A stretch of DNA of 64,000 nucleotides from Halobacteriales archaeon SW_5_70_135 (lineage in GTDB: Archaea; Halobacteriota; Halobacteria; Halobacteriales; SW-7-71-33), in contig PXSK01000021.1 in assembly GCA_003022865.1 (NCBI GenBank), positions 12,228-76,227 of the forward strand. Direction: 5' to 3'. The notes under the pieces are model-generated. The model saw only the letters and a program-made list of their open reading frames with translations. It did not search any database and was not told the origin of the DNA. A program made the position numbers and the translations under genes. Positions 19,405-29,032 of the stretch are shown one piece after another (positions within the stretch are counted from its first letter, which is position 1; each line of letters opens with the position of its first letter).

Positions 19405-19701
19405 TCAGAGCCGGTCGGTGTCGACGCCGACGTCCGGCGGCGCCACGACCAGAAAGCCACGGAAGTGGACGATCTCGCCGCCCCGCTCGGTCACCTCGCG
19501 GGCGAAGCCGGCGGCACGCTCGTTCACGTCGCCGTCGACCGACAGCACCAACAGCCGGTCGTCCTCGACGGCCGCGACCCACTCCTCGGCGGGCGTGGTG
19601 CCGTCGAGCACGCCCAGCTCGACGCGCGTTTCCCGCTCTTTCCGTTCCTCCTCGTCGATCTGGTCCTCGACGGCACGCAGGTCGAGATCGAACTCCGTCA
19701 T
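19405..19701 (-). CDS. Conserved haloarchaeal small protein (DUF5779-like)
   Basis: MTEFDLDL...GGEIVHFRGFLVVAPP.V.VDTDRL. Confidence 0.7.
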   Translation of the reverse strand: MTEFDLDLRAVEDQIDEEERKERETRVELGVLDGTTPAEEWVAAVEDDRLLVLSVDGDVNERAAGFAREVTERGGEIVHFRGFLVVAPPDVGVDTDRL

Positions 19702-19769
19702 TTCCTCGCTCCTGACGGCCGCCGATCAAAAGCGTTGTTCAGCGTCTGACGGCCGGCTGACGGGGCGTG

Positions 19770-20270
19770 TCACGCCGGCGGGTCGCCCTCGTCATCGTCG
19801 ACGGTCCCGCCGGCCGCGGCCGTCCGCACGCGTTTCCACTTGCCCTCGTTCTCCAGGCGCTCCTGCAGGCGGTCGGCGTACTCGTCGGTGAGTCGGTCGG
19901 CGCGACGGAGGACGGCCTCGGCGTCGTCGCCGCTACCGCCGCGGCCGCCGCCGCCGAGACCGAGGGCGTCTTTCACGGTGTCGACGATGCCGGAGTCGGA
20001 ACCGGAGCCGTCACTACCGCCGGTGCCCGGACCCATCGGTCCCGCCCGTTGGTCGATCGTCTGCATCTCGGAGGCGACGTGTTCGACCTTGCTGGTGTCG
20101 GCGACGAGCCGGGCGTGCTCCGGGTCGTCGGCGTCCTCGACGCGGAACTCGGTGGCGGTCATTACGAGCCCCCACTGCTGACTCGAGAACTCCGACTCGG
20201 TGACCCGACGGGAGAACTCCTGGTCGACGGCCATCCGGTCGCCGACGATGAGGTCCTGCCACTCGCTCAT
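19770..20270 (-). CDS. Conserved haloarchaeal protein (DUF5799-like)
   Basis: WQDLIVGDRMAVDQEF...FSSQQWGLVMTATEF. Confidence 0.7.
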   Translation of the reverse strand: MSEWQDLIVGDRMAVDQEFSRRVTESEFSSQQWGLVMTATEFRVEDADDPEHARLVADTSKVEHVASEMQTIDQRAGPMGPGTGGSDGSGSDSGIVDTVKDALGLGGGGRGGSGDDAEAVLRRADRLTDEYADRLQERLENEGKWKRVRTAAAGGTVDDDEGDPPA

Positions 20271-20383
20271 GTCCCTCGACAGGCGGTCGAACGGCTTGAG
20301 GGTTGTCCTCGCGGGAGCGGCCGTCGGCCGCGACGGCCGCCGATTCCGGTGGGTTCAAGCGGTCGTCGCCGCTACCGCTCGGT

Positions 20384-20800
20384 ATGCCGACCAGCACGGC
20401 GGACGCGGTCTGGCGGGGCGACCTGCGCAGCGGCGAGGGAACGATGTCGGCGGACAGCGGCGCCTTCGAGAGGCTGGCGTTCACGTTCGCAACCCGCTTC
20501 GGCGACGACGACGGCACCGACCCCGAGGAGCTGATCGGGGCCGCCCACGCCGGCTGCTTCTCGATGGCGCTGTCGAACGAGCTCGACGAGGCGGGCTACA
20601 CGCCCGAGGAAGTCGCCACGAACGCCGAGGTGACCGTCGAGGACGGCGGCATCGTCCGAGTGGCGCTGACCGCCCGCGCCGCAGTCCCGGACGCCGACGC
20701 CGACGCCTTCGACGAGATCGCACGGGAGGCCAAGGAGAACTGCCCGGTCTCGCGGGCGCTGGCCGGCGTCGAGATCACCCTGGACGCGACGCTGAACTGA
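20384..20800 (+). CDS. osmC: OsmC family peroxiredoxin
   Basis: A.AVW.GDL..G.G, TDPEELIGAAHAGCFSMAL, AKENCPVSRAL. Confidence 0.92.
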   Translation: MPTSTADAVWRGDLRSGEGTMSADSGAFERLAFTFATRFGDDDGTDPEELIGAAHAGCFSMALSNELDEAGYTPEEVATNAEVTVEDGGIVRVALTARAAVPDADADAFDEIAREAKENCPVSRALAGVEITLDATLN

Positions 20801-20949
20801 CCTGACCGGGCGATTTTGGAGCCGCCCGGGGCGACCCCGCTTCCGGGCGGGCTGGCCGAAGCACTCGGACCCGTCCTTCCCCGGCCGTGTGAGGGCCACG
20901 GTCGGACCCGTGCGAGGGCCGCGGTCGGAGGGAGCGGAACGGGCACATC

Positions 20950-21118
20950 ACTACCGAGCCCGGCGACCCGGTCGCTCGGGGTCTGATCGTCGCCGCGGCA
21001 CTGGTGGGACTCGTCCGCTACCGGCTGGTCGTCGACTCCGCGGGTCGGCGGGTCGCGGGACTGGATCGATTTTTTAGTGCGACCGGGCTGGGAACAGGGC
21101 TTGCGCTGGCGGTCTGAC
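20950..21118 (+). pseudogene. Possible remnant of a membrane-protein gene
   Basis: Startless hydrophobic frame GDPVARGLIVAAALVGLVRYRLV...GLGTGLALAV*. Confidence 0.25.
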
Positions 21119-21186
21119 GGCGACTGATGGCTTACTTCGACGAGCACCCCGACCGGTCAGGGGAGTGCCGAGCGCCGAGCGGGCGC

Positions 21187-21915
21187 TCAGTCGAGCAGAT
21201 TCCCGGTCAGCCGGACGGTCTCGTCGCCGTCGGGGGCGTGCACCTCGGCGTCGGCGCCGGCGGCACGCACCTCGCGGGCGAACTCTTCGGGGTCCTGCTC
21301 GATCGGCGGGAACGTGTCGTAGTGCATCGGGAGGGCGTGGTCGACACCGAGCCAGTCGACGGCGATCGCCGCCTGCCACGGCCCCATCGTGAAGTGGTCG
21401 CCGATCGGGACGGCGGCGGCGTCGGGGTCGAGGAAGGAGCCGATCACGTCCCGCATCTCCGTCATCAGGCCGGTGTCGCCGGCGTGGTAGAAGGAGACGG
21501 ACTCCTCGTCGCGGGTCCGCGCGGGGACGGTGTCGCCGATCACGTAACCTGCCGGCGTGCCGAGGTCGTGCTCGTAGGACGTGTTCGCCCCGTTCGTGTG
21601 GTCGGCGCGGTGCATCGTCACGTGGGCGTCGCCACACTCGACGGTGCCGCCGAGGTTCATGCCGACCGTGTCGGCGACGCCGAACTCGTCTTCAACGTAG
21701 GCGGCGAGTTCGGGCGTCGCCACCACCGTGGTGTCGGCGAACTCCGGGACGTGGGCGACGTGGTCCGCGTGGCCGTGTGTCAGCAGCACGAAGTCCGGGT
21801 CGAGCGTCGCGGGGTCGACGTCGGTTTTCGGATTGTCGAAGAAGGGGTCGACCAGCAGGTCGGTGCCGTCGAGTGAGACGTGCCACGTCGAGTGGCCGTG
21901 CCAGGTGAGGTCCAT
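21187..21915 (-). CDS. Metal-dependent hydrolase (MBL fold, UPF0173)
   Basis: [36 protein letters not shown]. Confidence 0.9.
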   Translation of the reverse strand: MDLTWHGHSTWHVSLDGTDLLVDPFFDNPKTDVDPATLDPDFVLLTHGHADHVAHVPEFADTTVVATPELAAYVEDEFGVADTVGMNLGGTVECGDAHVTMHRADHTNGANTSYEHDLGTPAGYVIGDTVPARTRDEESVSFYHAGDTGLMTEMRDVIGSFLDPDAAAVPIGDHFTMGPWQAAIAVDWLGVDHALPMHYDTFPPIEQDPEEFAREVRAAGADAEVHAPDGDETVRLTGNLLD

Positions 21916-22054
21916 GCGAACGGGACTACGGGCGGCGACCGAATAAACCCCACTCCGGAGCGCGGACGGGAGTCGCCCCGTCGTCGTGCCGGTGGAGACG
22001 GAAGCGGCACGGGAGGATGCGGACGTTCATGTCGGCGGACCGACTCCGTCGGAT

Positions 22055-22324
22055 ATGCTCACGCTCGACCTGGAGAACTTCGTCGTCGAGTTCGAGGCGG
22101 GATCGCTGAAGACCGTCGGCACGCCGGACACGTCCGCGACGGTGAAGCTGTACCATCTCGACAGCGTCGAGGCTCGGGCGTTCGGCGACGAGCGCGTGAA
22201 AGTCGCCGCCGAGGACGGCGAGGGTAACACGGTGGAGATGGCGCTCGCGCCCGAGGACCTGCGCTCGCTCGCGGCGGACCTGCGCGACCTCGACTTGGAC
22301 GACGAGTGGCCGACCGTCGAGTGA
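22055..22324 (+). CDS. Small conserved hypothetical protein
   Basis: MLTLDLENFVVEFEAGSLKTVG...FGDERVKV, acidic with typical codon usage. Confidence 0.65.
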   Translation: MLTLDLENFVVEFEAGSLKTVGTPDTSATVKLYHLDSVEARAFGDERVKVAAEDGEGNTVEMALAPEDLRSLAADLRDLDLDDEWPTVE

Positions 22325-22447
22325 GCCATTGCGGCGCTGCGTCGCGCTCAGCGTCGCAAATCCCCGCCGACCGGCGGCTCCGAGGACGAAAACGACGAGA
22401 ACCGGGAGTTCGCGCGCGAAATCCGCGCTCAGCGGTCGAAAGGAGAG

Positions 22448-23359
22448 TCAGTCGACGTACGGCGCACAGACCGACTCGACGCCCTCCTCGAAGTCGATCC
22501 GGGGCTCCCAGCCCGTCGCCTCCCGCAGCTTGGAGACGTCGAACCGCTGCTGGTAGTTGTAGTTCCTCAGCGGCACCGGCTCGTACGCCGGCTCGACGTC
22601 CGTCCCCAGGGCGTCGTTCAGCAGGTCGACGGTCTCGTTAAAGGAGACGTTCCGGCCGGTGCCGACGTTGTACGATCCTTCGAGACGGTGCTCGGCGACG
22701 GCCTCCATCGCCCGGACGGCGTCCTCGACGTGGACGTAGTCACGCGTCTGCGTGCCGTCACCCCACAGCACCGGGCGTTCGCCGTCGGCCATCTCCGCGG
22801 CCCACTGGGAGACGGTGTTGGCGTACTCGCCCTTGTGGGCCTCGTTGCCGCCGTAGCCCTGGTAGACCGAGGAAAAGCGCGTCGAGGCGACGTGGACGTC
22901 GTCGTGGAACTCGTTGTAGTACTCCATGTAGCGGTCGCGGGCGAGCATCGACGCCTCGTAGCAGGTCGCCGCCCGCACGTCGTCGGTCTCGCGGGCCGGC
23001 AGGTCGGCGTCGTAGATCGAGGACGTCCCGGCGTAGACCACCGCCTCGGCGTGCTCGCGGACGCGCTCGATGACGTTGACCGTCCCCTCGACGTTGACGC
23101 GGGTGCCCTGTTGGGGGTTCTCTTCGAGCATCGATCGCGAGGAGTGGGCAGCGAGGTGGAAGACGACGTCGACGTCGGCGGGCCAGTCGTCGTCGAGGGC
23201 CGAGGCCTCGACGAACTCCACCCCGGGGTCGAGGTTCTCCGGCGTGCCGAGGTGGAGGTCGTCGACGGCGACCACCTCGTTCGCGTCGGCGAGGTAGTTC
23301 GCCAGGTTCGATCCGACGAAACCCGCACCGCCCGTCACTAGAATGCGTTCGTCTCGCAT
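22448..23359 (-). CDS. NAD-dependent epimerase/dehydratase (extended SDR)
   Basis: LVTGGAGFVGS, FHLAA, GDGTQTRDYVHV.D, YNVGTG. Confidence 0.9.
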   Translation of the reverse strand: MRDERILVTGGAGFVGSNLANYLADANEVVAVDDLHLGTPENLDPGVEFVEASALDDDWPADVDVVFHLAAHSSRSMLEENPQQGTRVNVEGTVNVIERVREHAEAVVYAGTSSIYDADLPARETDDVRAATCYEASMLARDRYMEYYNEFHDDVHVASTRFSSVYQGYGGNEAHKGEYANTVSQWAAEMADGERPVLWGDGTQTRDYVHVEDAVRAMEAVAEHRLEGSYNVGTGRNVSFNETVDLLNDALGTDVEPAYEPVPLRNYNYQQRFDVSKLREATGWEPRIDFEEGVESVCAPYVD

Positions 23360-23487
23360 GTCACCTGGAACCACGAGCGGCGACAAGTGGGTGTCGGTTC
23401 ACCCGCGTGTCGGACCGTGGGGGTGCGTCCTCGGCTGCCGGTCGTACGTGGGCACGTTTTAAGACCGTGACAGACGTAGTCGAGACA

Positions 23488-24021
23488 ATGTCATCGATCG
23501 AACTGACGCCGAGCCAGCGCACGATCCTCGGTGCCCTGGTCAACCTCCACCGCGAGCACGAGGACCCTGTCAAGGGCGAGACCATCGCCGAGGAGGTCGA
23601 CCGCAACCCCGGCACGATCCGCAACCAGATGCAGAGCCTGAAGGCACTACGGCTGGTGGAGGGGGTGCCGGGACCGAAAGGCGGGTACAAGCCGACCGCA
23701 CGGGCGTACGACGCCCTCGAAGTGCAGCAGATGGACGAGCCGGCGAGCGTGCCGCTGAGCAGGGACGGGGAGACGGTCGAGGGGCTCAACGTCGAGTCGA
23801 TCGACCTGACGAGCGTTCACCACCCGGAGAAGTGTCGGGCGGAGGTGCGCGTGCAGGGGTCGATCCGGGGCATCCACGAGGGCGACGAGGTGCGCGTCGG
23901 GCCGACGCCGCTCTCGAAGCTCGTCGTCGACGGGATCGTCGAGGGGAAAAACGACACGGAGAACGTCCTCATCCTCTCGATCGCCGACATGGTGGCTCCG
24001 GCGGAGGAGCCCGGGAAGTGA
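23488..24021 (+). CDS. Winged-helix transcriptional regulator (HrcA/Rrf2-like N-domain)
   Basis: KGETIAEEVDRNPGTIRNQMQSLKAL.LVEGVPGPKGGY. Confidence 0.85.
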   Translation: MSSIELTPSQRTILGALVNLHREHEDPVKGETIAEEVDRNPGTIRNQMQSLKALRLVEGVPGPKGGYKPTARAYDALEVQQMDEPASVPLSRDGETVEGLNVESIDLTSVHHPEKCRAEVRVQGSIRGIHEGDEVRVGPTPLSKLVVDGIVEGKNDTENVLILSIADMVAPAEEPGK

Positions 24022-24158
24022 GCCGGTCACGGACTCGGGGTGGCCGGTCGCCGCGAGCGCGGTCTCGCGACAGTCTGACGGTCACAGGTGTGAGCCAGGG
24101 GACGACGAGAGGGGGACGGGCCGGCGGCGACCGGGTTTCGGAGCCCTCGTAACGGTCG

Positions 24159-25337
24159 GTGTCACAGGGCCGGCCACGACGACAGTCGCGGTGTTGGGGG
24201 CCGGCTACGCTGGATCGAAGACCGCACAGCTGCTCGGCCGCGAGCTCTCGGACCGTGACGCCGAGCTCGTCTGGGTCTCCGACCGCGACTACCACCTCGT
24301 CCTCCACGAGGCCCACCGCGTGGTCCGCGATCCCGAGGTGGCCGACGCCGTCACGGTCCCTGTCGCCGAGATCGCGCCGGGCGCCGAGTTCGTCGAGGGC
24401 ACAGTCGACCGAGTCGACGTCGAGGAGCGCACCGTCGCCGTCGACGGCGCCCGCGACGTCGAGTACGACTACGCCTTGATCGCGCTGGGCTCGGAGACCG
24501 CCCTCTACGGCATCCCGGGCGTCGACGAGCACGCCCACGCGCTGAAGACCCTCGACGACGCGCTCGGAATTCACGAGGTCGTCGTCGACGCGGCCGCGTC
24601 GGCGACGCACGACGACCCCGCCCGCGTCGTGGTCGGCGGCGCTGGCCTCTCGAGGGTCTAGACGGCCGGCGAGGTCGCCGAGTACCGCGACCACTACGAC
24701 GCCTCGGTCGAGGTCCGTCTCGTCGAGGCGCCGGAGGAGGTGCTCCCCGGCAACGGCGAATCGGTCCAGCGGGCGCTCCGACGGCGACTGGCCGACGCCG
24801 ACGTGACGGTGACGACCGGCGACCGGATCACGGAGGTAACCGCCGACGAACTCCGCTTCGACGAGGGCGACCCGCTGGAGTGTGACGTGTTCGTCTGGAC
24901 CGGCGGCGTCACGGGCTGTGAGCCGCTGGCGTCGCTGGCGGTCGACCGCGAAAAGTACTCGGACCGCGTGCTCGCGGACGTCACCTTCCGGACCTCCGAC
25001 GAGCGGGTGTTCGCCGTCGGCGACGCCGCCGTGATCGAGGGTGCCGACGGCGACGACCCCCCACCGCCGACCGCACAGGCCGCCTGGCAGGCCGCTGACG
25101 TCGCCGCCGGGAACCTCCTCCGCGCGATGGACGGCCGCTCGCTCGAACGCTGGCGCTACGAGGACGAGGGCACGCTCGTCTCGGTCGGGGAGCGCGCCGT
25201 CGCTCACGACGTTATGTATGTCGGCCGACACGTTCGGCTCCCTGCCGGCGGTCTTTCTGAAGAAGTTCGTCGCCGCCCGGTGGATCGCCGACATGAGCGA
25301 CTGGCGCACCGCCCTCGGTGCCTGGGGCGTGCTGTAG
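24159..25337 (+). pseudogene. ndh: Type II NADH dehydrogenase-like FAD oxidoreductase, disrupted
   Basis: VLGAGYAG, YDYALIALGS, GGAGLS motifs; in-frame TAG 24659-24661, frameshift near 25240, damaged start. Confidence 0.8.
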
Positions 25338-25357
25338 CTCGACCGACGGTCGTCGGG

Positions 25358-26086
25358 TCAGTCCAAGTCGACCGACAAGCCGGGGTGCCAGCGGTCGACG
25401 CCGGCCTCGCACTTTCGCTGTCCATCCGGGCGAGGACCGACGCCGCGAGACTCGCGGTCTCGGCGGCCGCCGTCTAGTCCCTCGATGGCGAACTCGCCGG
25501 TGTCACGGTCGGCGTACACCGTGCAGACTGGCCCCGCACGAAGACCGAAGATCGACGCTAGCGTGAGCACGGCCGCGGCCTCCGTCTCGACGTTTTGCAC
25601 GCCGGTACGGCGCAGCTCCTCCAGCAGCGCCTCGCTGTCCGGCGGCTCGTAGCCACCGAACGCCGGCCGCGACTGCCCGGCGTAGAAGGAGTCCGTCGTC
25701 GCCGTCACGCCGACGGCGCACGGCGCCGCTCGTGATCACCAGGTCGCCGACGGAGGTCTCGGGCTGTAGAGCCCCGCAGGAGCCGACTCGCAGGAGCGTG
25801 TCGGCGCCCGCCCGGGCGAGTTCCTCGACCGCGATCGCCGCCGAGGGGGCACCGATCCCCGTCGACGTGACCGACACCAGCACCCCCTCGACCTCGCCGG
25901 TGGCCGTGCGGTACTCCCGCCCGCGAGCCACCTCCCGGGACTCGTCCCACAGGTCCGTGACAGGTCGACGCGGTCGGGATCGCCCGGCAATAGCACCGTC
26001 CCGGCCACCTCGTCGGGGGTGACCGCTAGGTGGTACTGCCGCTCGGCGTTCGGGTCCTCGCTGTTCCGCGTCGCGTCCTCGATCAT
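25358..26086 (-). pseudogene. udp: Uridine/nucleoside phosphorylase, disrupted
   Basis: QYHL, LLPGDPDRV, STGIGAPSAAIAVEEL, RVGSCG, TDSFY split across frames, with an internal deletion near 25710. Confidence 0.85.
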
Positions 26087-26204
26087 GACTGCGCGCTCGC
26101 CACCGCCGGGCAGAGGCGTTGCCATGCACCGCCCGCTCGTCGCCTCCTCAGAATCTCCTTCGTCGAAGTGTCCGGTCGCTCGCGAACTGCTCGCGACACG
26201 GAAG

Positions 26205-26278
26205 CGGGCCGAGAGGGATTTGAACCCCCGTCCATCTGGTTAAAAGCCAGACGCTCTGCCTGACTGAGCTACCGGCCC
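26205..26278 (-). tRNA. tRNA-Lys (anticodon UUU)
   Basis: GGGCCGGTAGCTCAGTCAGGCAGAGCGTCTGGCTTTTAACCAGATGGACGGGGGTTCAAATCCCTCTCGGCCCG folds as a cloverleaf; CCA not encoded; TTTAAT box at 26303-26308. Confidence 0.95.
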
Positions 26279-26318
26279 TATCGGACGGTAGGACAGGGGC
26301 CGATTAAACCCTCCGTCT

Positions 26319-27017
26319 CTACTGCTCCGGTTCGCACAGCGTCTCGATGACGGCCCCGAGCGGGCGGTCGTCCAGTACGGCGCGACGCCGGGCGGCCCGG
26401 TACAGCGCGGGCGGGAGTTCGACGGTCACCTCGCCGAGTGCGACTCCGACCGCCGCCAGTGCCGACTCGACCGACACGCCGTCGGTCACGTCGCTGACGA
26501 CCGAACGGACCTCGCGCACGCCGAGGTCGTCGTCGACGGCGGCGAAGGCGACGGTCAGCCGCGCCTGCCCCTCCAGGCGGGCGACGTGTTTCGCTCCCGA
26601 CGGCGCCAGCCGTCCGGCGGCGACCTCCCGGCGGACCGCCCGCGGCAGGTCGTGCACCCGTGCCCAGGTGCGCACGAAGGGGACGCCCACGCCGACCCGG
26701 TCGGCCGCCGCGCGGTACGATCCCTCGCCGCGGACGAGGGCGGCCGCGGCGGCGGCTCCCCGGAGCATCGTCACGCTGTCGTCGGGGTCGTCGGTCGCGA
26801 ACGACTGCACCACCTCGGCGGCACGCTCCCTGTCCGCCGGATCGTCGGGGTCGAAGGCGACGGCCTCCTCGGTCGACCGGCCCGTGACGGAGCTGTCCCC
26901 CCGGACTACCGGCTTACCGACCGGTGACTGGCGGCCGGTCTCCGGGTCGGTCGTGTCGCCGTCGATGGACTCGCCGCCGTCGGGTCGTCGACCGCTCCGG
27001 TCCCCGTCGGAGGTCAT
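26319..27017 (-). CDS. Conserved haloarchaeal hypothetical protein (possible HTH)
   Basis: SPVGKPVVRGD, MLRGAAA.AALVRGEGSY, WARVHDLP. Confidence 0.7.
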   Translation of the reverse strand: MTSDGDRSGRRPDGGESIDGDTTDPETGRQSPVGKPVVRGDSSVTGRSTEEAVAFDPDDPADRERAAEVVQSFATDDPDDSVTMLRGAAAAAALVRGEGSYRAAADRVGVGVPFVRTWARVHDLPRAVRREVAAGRLAPSGAKHVARLEGQARLTVAFAAVDDDLGVREVRSVVSDVTDGVSVESALAAVGVALGEVTVELPPALYRAARRRAVLDDRPLGAVIETLCEPEQ

Positions 27018-27061
27018 ACGAGCGGATCGGTCGGCACCGGCAAAAAGGCGCGGTCGCGGGG

Positions 27062-27244
27062 TCAGTCCTCGGCACTGCGCTGCTCCGAGAGGTGTTCCCA
27101 GACCTCGGCACAGCCACAGCCGTCCGCGAGACCGTCAAGGTAGGCGAGACGCTCGTCGTCTTCGGGGTCGGCGTCACTCGGGACCTCGTCGTTACCGTCA
27201 CCGTCACCGTCACCGTTGGCGCCCGCCCGGTCGCTCTCGGTCAC
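27062..27244 (-). CDS. Small acidic protein with GCGCAEVWEHLS motif
   Basis: 60-aa ORF with a C-terminal motif recurrent in haloarchaeal small proteins; upstream TTTTATT box. Confidence 0.65.
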   Translation of the reverse strand: MTESDRAGANGDGDGDGNDEVPSDADPEDDERLAYLDGLADGCGCAEVWEHLSEQRSAED

Positions 27245-27305
27245 TCACTCGTCAGTGTTCAGGGTCAGAATAAAAGGGTACCGGTGTTTCGGGCGGCGAT
27301 TCCGG

Positions 27306-27545
27306 TCAGAGCTCACCCCGGAGGCGGAGTTCCGACTCCGTGACGGTCTCGACGGCGTCGCCGTGGACCTCGATGTCGTCCTCGTCGGCGTCGCCGAAAC
27401 CGAGCGACTGTATCAATGCCTCGCCGACGTCCGGGTCCGGCTCGACGTACGCGACGCCGTCGTCGACCTCGGTAACGATACCGATCTGCTCGCCCTCTGC
27501 GTCCATCAGGAACTTGCCCTCGTCGTCCTCCGTAAGGACTGCCAT
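27306..27545 (-). CDS. Small PRC-barrel-like protein
   Basis: MAVLTEDDEGK..DAEGEQIGIVTEV....AYVEPDP. Confidence 0.7.
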   Translation of the reverse strand: MAVLTEDDEGKFLMDAEGEQIGIVTEVDDGVAYVEPDPDVGEALIQSLGFGDADEDDIEVHGDAVETVTESELRLRGEL

Positions 27546-27599
27546 GCGTGAGCCGTGTCGGCCAGCCGGCAAATACGTGTCGGGTCTCCGACCTCCCCG

Positions 27600-28882
27600 T
27601 AGGGGCTGCTCGTCCGGCGAGACGTCCAGCGTCAGTGTCGTCACCCGCTCCCAGTCGCGCTCGTCGACGACCGTCACCTCGTCAGTGCCGTACACGTGGA
27701 GGTGGTCGTCCACGTAGACCGCACGGACGGCCCGACCGTCGACGTCGACGGTCGTCTCGTAGTCAAGCGCCGCGTCGCCGGCGGCGGTGTCGTACCCGAG
27801 GACGTGCCCGCCGTCGGCGCCGGGGACGAACACCACCTCGTGCCGCGGGTCGTTCAGGAAGGCGTGGTGGGTCCGCTCGATCGCCGACCAGTCGTCGAGG
27901 ACCACGTCGTCGACGACCGTCGGGTCGGCCGGATCGGACACGTCGAAGACGACGGCCCTCACGTCGCCGTCCTCGCGGTCGACGCCGAGCACGCGGTCCT
28001 CGCCGACCGGGTGGAGATACCGGGAGAAGCCGGGCAGTTCCACCGCACCGAGTTCCGTCGACTTCTCCGGGGCGGAGAGGTCGACCACGTGGAACGGGTC
28101 GACCCGTCGGAAGGTGACGAGGTAGGCGGTGTCGCCGACGAACCGGGCCGCGTACACTCGCTAGCCCCGGCACATACCCCTCGCGGCGTCCTCGACCGAG
28201 AGGTCGTCGTCGAGGACGTAGACGTCGTTGGCGGACTCGGCGTCGCCCGCACTCGGGACGGCCGTCGCGATCCGCAGCCGCCCGTCGCTCGCGTCCGTCG
28301 AGAACTGGTTCAGCGGAACTCCCGGCACCGTCCCGTGGGTCTCGACCGTCGACTTACCGTCGCCGTTGCCGTCGCCGTCGCCGCCGACGCCGACGCGGAC
28401 GACCCCTGTGGTGACGAGTTCGCGCTGGCGGTCACCGAGACAGGTCTCGAACCCCTCGCAGAACCGTTCTCCCGACTCGTCGGGGTCGTCCGTGCGCTCG
28501 AAGTACACCCGAACCGTCGCCCGCACCTCGGCCCGGTAGGCCGCCGGCGTCAGGTCGTACGACTCGACCTCGCGGAGTCGCTCGCGGGCGGCGTCGTCGC
28601 CCGCCCGTCGGCTTTCGGCAGTGACGTCGACGGAACGCCCGCCGAGGGCGACGACCCGTGACGAACGCGCCCGAGGCTCGGTGACGTACTCGCTGAACGC
28701 CGCCGGCGACTCGAACCGTGACAGCGCCCCGGCAGTCCGTCCGTCGTGTCGCCGTCGTCAGTAGCGGGCGTGATGTCGCCGGAGCCGGAGCTGGAGCCGG
28801 GGCCGGACTATGCGGAGATCACTGCCACGGTTCCAGCCCCGACGACCACGCCGAGGGTGGCCGCCACGAGTCCCTCTCTCAT
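27600..28882 (-). pseudogene. Secreted beta-propeller domain protein, fragmented
   Basis: Signal-like N-terminus with TAG at 28808-28810; VPG.PLNQFS, RVYAARFVGDTAYLVTFRRVDPF, ELPGFS.YLHP; TAG 28161, frameshifts, large deletions, lost stop. Confidence 0.8.
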
Positions 28883-29032
28883 GGTCGACACGAGCACCCG
28901 GGGAGTCGTCCCAGTGTCTCAGGCTGAAAGACGCGTTTGAGCGAGCGACCGCGGCCGGAACCGGGGACCGTCGGGAGGACTGGCGGCGAGCGCAAGCGAG
29001 GGCTACTTCCGTCGGCGGCGGCTTCCGACCCC

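Noticed and set aside
26100-26280. tRNA-Lys as attachment site of an integrated island or provirus
   Set aside because: No integrase, no duplicated tRNA 3' end found in the window, and flanking genes are ordinary chromosomal genes with host-like GC
24659-28810. In-frame TAG codons (24659, 28161, 28808) as pyrrolysine or stop-codon reassignment
   Set aside because: The same genes also carry frameshifts and deletions, TAG serves as a true stop for htrA and rps6e, and no pyl genes are visible
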